From Planctomycetota bacterium (GTDB lineage: Bacteria; Planctomycetota; UBA1135; UBA2386), in contig OZ245838.1 of assembly GCA_965228735.1 (NCBI GenBank), positions 2,080,001 through 2,144,000 on the forward strand: DNA of 64,000 nucleotides, written 5' to 3'. A program made the translations under genes and the position numbers. Position 1 is the stretch's first letter. Every line of letters begins with the position of its first letter. This document shows positions 59,821 through 64,000 of this stretch, piece by piece. The notes below the pieces were generated by a model that was not told where the DNA came from, ran no database searches, and was given only the letters and a program-made list of their open reading frames with translations.

Positions 59821-61581
59821 ATGACCGACCAGCCGACCGAGCCCACCAACCCCACCGACTTCGTGCGCGAACGCATCCGCAAGGACGTCGCGAGCGGCAA
59901 GGTGCAACAGGTCGTCACGCGCTTCCCGCCGGAGCCCAACGGCTACCTCCACATCGGCCACGCCAAGGCCATCACGGTGTCGTTCTCGATCGCCAAGGAG
60001 TTCGCTGGCCGCTGCAACCTGCGGTTCGACGACACCAACCCCGAGAAGGAGGACCAGGAGTTCGTCGACGCGATCCAGGAGGACGTGCGCTGGCTCGGGT
60101 TCGAGTGGGATGGACTGTTCCACGCGTCCGACTACTACCAGCAGCTCTACGACTGGGCGGAGCAGCTCGTCGAGCAGGGCGCGGCCTACGTCGACGACCA
60201 GGACGCCGAGACGATCGCGGCGATGCGCGGCACGGTGACCGAGCCGGGCACGAACAGCCCGTGCCGTGACCGCACCGTGCAGGAGAACCTCGACCTGCTA
60301 CGCCGCATGAAGGCCGGCGAGTTCGGTGACGGCGAGAAGGTCCTGCGCGCCAGGATCGACATGGCGCACCCCAACCTCAACATGCGCGATCCGGTGCTCT
60401 ACCGCATCAGGAAGCAAGCCCACCAGCGCACGGGCACGGATTGGTGCATCTATCCGATGTACGACTGGGCCCACGGCCAGAGCGATTCGATCGAGGGCAT
60501 CACCCATTCGCTGTGCACGCTCGAGTTCGAACACCACCGCCCGCTCTACGACTGGTGCCTCGATCAGCTCGGCATCCACCACCCGCAGCAGATCGAGTTC
60601 GCGCGGCTCAACGTCGAGTACATGCTCACGAGCAAGCGCCGGCTGCTGCAGCTCGTGCAGGACGGCCACGTCGACGGCTGGGACGACCCGCGCATGCCGA
60701 CGTTGCGGGGGATGCGCCGCCGTGGGTATCCGCCCGAGGCGCTCGTCGCGTTCTGCAAGCACGTCGGGCTCAACAAGTTCAACAGCACGCACGAGGTCTC
60801 GCTGCTCGATCACTTCGTGCGCGACTGGCTCAACAAGCACGTCCAGCGCCGCATGGCCGTGCTCGATCCGGTAGAGCTCGTCATCGACAACTGGCCGGAG
60901 GGTCAGGTCGACATGGTGACCGCCATCAACAACCCCGAGGACGAGAGCGCGGGAACGCGCGAGGTCCCGTTCTCCGGGCGGCTCTACATCGAACGCGAGG
61001 ACTTCATGGAGGAGCCGGTGAAGGGCTTCTTCCGCCTCGCACCGGATCGCGAGGTGCGCCTGCGCTACGGCTACTTCGTGAAGTGCACCGGCGTCGACAA
61101 GGACGGCGACGGCAACGTGATCCGCATTCACTGCACCTACGACCCGGAGACCCGCGGCGGCAACGCGCCGGACGGCCGCAAGGTCAAGGCGACGCTGCAC
61201 TGGGTCTCGGCCGATCATGCCGCGGAGTGCGAAGTGCGGCTCTACGACCAGCTGTTCACCCACCCCAGTCCGGCGGAGCTCGAGGGCGACGAGTTCGTCG
61301 CGCACATCAACCCGGACAGCCGCAAGGCCGTGACGGGCAAGCTCGAACCGAGCCTCGCGTCAGCGCCCGCCGGCGAACGCTGCCAGTTCGAACGCCTCGG
61401 CTACTTCTGCGTCGACCGCGTGGACAGCACGCCGGACCGCCCCGTGTTCGTGCGCACCACGACGCTCAAGGACCCGTGGAAGAAGAAGCAGGGTGGCGGC
61501 CAGAAGAAGGGTGGCCAAAAGGGCGGCGGCCAGAAGGGCGCCAACAAGCCGAAGGGCGGTGACCAACCGCGCGGCAGCTAG
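59821..61581 (+). CDS. glnS: Glutamine--tRNA ligase
   Basis: Motifs [46 protein letters not shown] and QFERLGYF. Confidence 0.97.
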   Translation: MTDQPTEPTNPTDFVRERIRKDVASGKVQQVVTRFPPEPNGYLHIGHAKAITVSFSIAKEFAGRCNLRFDDTNPEKEDQEFVDAIQEDVRWLGFEWDGLFHASDYYQQLYDWAEQLVEQGAAYVDDQDAETIAAMRGTVTEPGTNSPCRDRTVQENLDLLRRMKAGEFGDGEKVLRARIDMAHPNLNMRDPVLYRIRKQAHQRTGTDWCIYPMYDWAHGQSDSIEGITHSLCTLEFEHHRPLYDWCLDQLGIHHPQQIEFARLNVEYMLTSKRRLLQLVQDGHVDGWDDPRMPTLRGMRRRGYPPEALVAFCKHVGLNKFNSTHEVSLLDHFVRDWLNKHVQRRMAVLDPVELVIDNWPEGQVDMVTAINNPEDESAGTREVPFSGRLYIEREDFMEEPVKGFFRLAPDREVRLRYGYFVKCTGVDKDGDGNVIRIHCTYDPETRGGNAPDGRKVKATLHWVSADHAAECEVRLYDQLFTHPSPAELEGDEFVAHINPDSRKAVTGKLEPSLASAPAGERCQFERLGYFCVDRVDSTPDRPVFVRTTTLKDPWKKKQGGGQKKGGQKGGGQKGANKPKGGDQPRGS

Positions 61582-61617
61582 ATGGTGTAGACGGGCCCCT
61601 CCGGGTCCAGCGACCTA

Positions 61618-61645
61618 CGCTGGGGTTTCACAACAAACCCCGGCG
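61618..61645. terminator. Stem-loop between convergent genes (possible terminator or REP-like element)
   Basis: CGCTGGGGTTT-CACAAC-AAACCCCGGCG, an 11-bp stem with one G-U pair; no flanking U-tract. Confidence 0.45.
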
Positions 61646-61694
61646 GGCCAATTGAACGAAGTAACGTCCCGCAGCATCGGCCACGGGAGCCAGT

Positions 61695-62858
61695 TCAGCG
61701 CAGGAATCGCACCGCCGGGTTGCTCGCCTGCAAGCCCACCGTCGCTTCGAAGGTAAACGCCTGCCAAGCCAGTTCGAGACCGCGAAGCGTCGGGTCGTTG
61801 GGGACCGTCGTCACTGTCGTCACCGGCTGCAAAGGCGCGGGCGTGCCGATGCCTTGCACGACGACGCTCACCGGATCCAGCCAGACCGGACCAGGAATCG
61901 GCGGCACGGCACTCACCAGGCTCGGGAAGCTCACGGCAATGGCGCCGAGGTGACCGAGCGGCCCATACAAGCGCGCCGGAATGTTGCCGCCCAGGGCGGC
62001 CGTGCCGGCCTCGAGGATCGGCATCTCGATGGTCGTGACCGAGATGGTCGATGGAATCAGCGGCCCCGAGCCCGACAATCCGGCGCGCGGATCCAGGCGC
62101 ATCGTTCCGAAGCCGACGAAGCACGGCCCTCGATTCGACAACGGCAGCTGCACCCCGCCCCGGACACTGGAATCGCCATCGACGACCACTTCACCACCCT
62201 GCAGCCGATATGCCGTGGCCGGCGCACCGAAGTTGAAGGGCGGACCAGCGACCGACGAGCCAACCAGCTGCACGCGGCCGCCGGTTTGCACGCACAGGAC
62301 CTGGTAGAAGCCGCCGATCCCGCAGCTGTCGAGCACGACGTTCGAGTCCGTGCAACGAACTGCGCCCTCGTGAAACGCGCAATGGGATGCGATCAGCCAA
62401 TCGCAGTCGGTCGCGCGCAGCCCGCTCGATGAGTCCACGCCCGGGAAGTTCGAGAGCAGGACGCGCCCCCGGTTGTCGACGCACTGGATCTCGACGACCC
62501 CGTTCACCGCCGACGATTCGACGGCGCAATCGCTGAGCACGACCCGTTGCGACGCGACCAGCGTCTCGACGCGAACTGCAGCGCCGGGCGGCAACACGAT
62601 TCGGGTCACTTGGGGGCCGAACGACGCGGCTCCGTGAAGCGCGATCGACTTGCCCGTGATCGTCAGCGCTGGCTCCACGTACTGACCGGATCGCACCAGG
62701 ATCGTGCTGCCATCGGGCGCCGCCGCCAATGCCGCGGCGACGCTGGTGTGGGTCGTTCCCGGACCGTTGTTGATGTCGACCACGAGTGTCTGCGACGGCA
62801 GAGCACTCGAGAGGGTCGAAAGAGAGAGAACCGCCGTGAACAAGAACCGGAGCGTCAT
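61695..62858 (-). CDS. Secreted protein, possible beta-helix N-terminus plus shared C-terminal domain
   Basis: Signal peptide LPS-Q; VVD...GPGTTHTSVAAALAAAPDGSTILVRSGQY start typical of pectin-lyase-fold proteins; C-terminal VPNDPTLRGLELAWQ...ASNP. Confidence 0.75.
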   Translation of the reverse strand: MTLRFLFTAVLSLSTLSSALPSQTLVVDINNGPGTTHTSVAAALAAAPDGSTILVRSGQYVEPALTITGKSIALHGAASFGPQVTRIVLPPGAAVRVETLVASQRVVLSDCAVESSAVNGVVEIQCVDNRGRVLLSNFPGVDSSSGLRATDCDWLIASHCAFHEGAVRCTDSNVVLDSCGIGGFYQVLCVQTGGRVQLVGSSVAGPPFNFGAPATAYRLQGGEVVVDGDSSVRGGVQLPLSNRGPCFVGFGTMRLDPRAGLSGSGPLIPSTISVTTIEMPILEAGTAALGGNIPARLYGPLGHLGAIAVSFPSLVSAVPPIPGPVWLDPVSVVVQGIGTPAPLQPVTTVTTVPNDPTLRGLELAWQAFTFEATVGLQASNPAVRFLR

Positions 62859-63023
62859 GCCGATCGCACGATATCAGGCGAACGAACTCGCGGGCCTCGC
62901 GAACCGCCAACCCGGCGAGAAGCCCGGTTCGAAGCCCGCCCCTTGTCGGGGCTGGCGACCCCAAAGCCCGGCGGACTACGATTGTCGCGCGCGCGGTGGC
63001 CTGAATCCCCTGCAGCGACACAG

Positions 63024-64000
63024 ATGGTGAACGCACGACGAACTCCTTCCCGCACGCCGACGCGCTTCGGTGTCATTGCACTCGTCGGAGTCGCGATCGT
63101 CGCGCTGCTCTGGCTGCTGCAGTCTGGCGCCGGCGCCGCAGGCGAACGGCCGGCCGAGGTTCGACCCGAGCGACTCGAACGCCGCGACCTCAACCCAAAC
63201 GCAGTCCCGGCCAACTCCGGGGCGCAGCCGGAGCGCGCCCTGGTCGCCGCGGTCGAGAGCTCGGAGGCGACGACCTCCCCCGCGCCGGGACACATTCACG
63301 TTCGCGGAACCGTCGTCGTGGTCGACCCCCGCGGCGAGCACCACCGCGAAGAAGATGGCCAACTGGAGTTCATCCTGTGGGAGGGCGACATCGGCACCAA
63401 CGCGACGGTGACCGTGCAACACGGCCGGTTCTCGGTCGACGTGCCAGCGGACCACGAGCTCGAGCTCAGCAGTGCGATCCTCGGCAACCGACCCGCGAAA
63501 CCGTCGGCCGAGCGGCTGCCGGTGGGCGAACGTCTCGAGCTACGGGTGACCTGGTTGGCGCCGACGGTTCTCCGTGTGGTCGACGCCGAAACCGGACACG
63601 ACCTCACCGAGATCACCGCCGTCGCCGCGACGAACTGGATCACGGACGACTGCGCTCATCCGGGGACCTACGCGCCCGATGCGGTGCGCGTCGAACACGG
63701 ACGCTCCCCCCTGACGCTGATGAGCGACGCCGAGCAGGCGTTTGGCATGCGTTGGGAGGAGTCACTGTGGCTTCACTCACCCGGCTACGCCTGGGGTCAA
63801 CTCACGCTCGACTACACCAATCCGACCGAGCGCCGGATCGAACTCCAACGTGGCGGAACCCTGGAGGTCAGGATCGAGGGGCCCTTGCCGGCACAGCCGA
63901 GACTTCAACGCCAGCGCGTCACGTTCGGCGAGCGCGACGACCAACCGTGGCTGCGGCTTCGCGAGTCGACGGCAGCGCCCGATATCGAAGGCCAGGTGCA
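63024..64000 (+). CDS. Membrane-anchored hypothetical protein, carboxypeptidase-regulatory-like style (runs off the window)
   Basis: Not in the ORF track; translated by hand: MVNARRTPSRTPTRFGVIALVGVAIVALLWLLQ...VRGTVVVVD...LRVVDAETG. The frame appears open to the window end. Confidence 0.7.
   Translation, partial: MVNARRTPSRTPTRFGVIALVGVAIVALLWLLQSGAGAAGERPAEVRPERLERRDLNPNAVPANSGAQPERALVAAVESSEATTSPAPGHIHVRGTVVVVDPRGEHHREEDGQLEFILWEGDIGTNATVTVQHGRFSVDVPADHELELSSAILGNRPAKPSAERLPVGERLELRVTWLAPTVLRVVDAETGHDLTEITAVAATNWITDDCAHPGTYAPDAVRVEHGRSPLTLMSDAEQAFGMRWEESLWLHSPGYAWGQLTLDYTNPTERRIELQRGGTLEVRIEGPLPAQPRLQRQRVTFGERDDQPWLRLRESTAAPDIEGQV

Overview
A very GC-rich bacterial chromosome segment with about 45 protein-coding genes. 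Planctomycetota is inferred from the gene families and protein styles, possibly an OM190/UBA1135-like lineage; this is unverified. I recognised no rRNA, tRNA, CRISPR array, integrase or transposase. The window contains an amino-sugar/peptidoglycan scavenging cluster (nagB, NagX/DUF5009-like, murQ, sodium:solute symporter, two tandem NamZ/DUF1343 genes). Housekeeping-type genes are recQ, uvrC, uvrB, an hslU with no adjacent hslV, and glnS. Other loci are a Ser/Thr kinase-YkgJ pair divergent from a single-ring Clp-type AAA+ ATPase, a Gly-rich protein/HD-GYP pair, a TolC-MFP-ABC exporter, an ECF sigma/anti-sigma operon, and many lineage-specific secreted proteins. The strongest hidden signal is a 116-aa ORF missing from the ORF track (54607-54957, +). 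It has an in-frame TGA in a GGG-U-SP context, followed by a bacterial SECIS-like hairpin with a GGUC loop, and ends in a CxxC...CxxC zinc ribbon, so it is a candidate selenoprotein. Window-wide patterns: a shared C-terminal domain on three unrelated secreted proteins (candidate sorting signal), Gln at +1 after nearly every predicted signal-peptide cleavage site, -10 boxes placed for leaderless transcription, and recurrent 15/16-nt minisatellites near gene ends.
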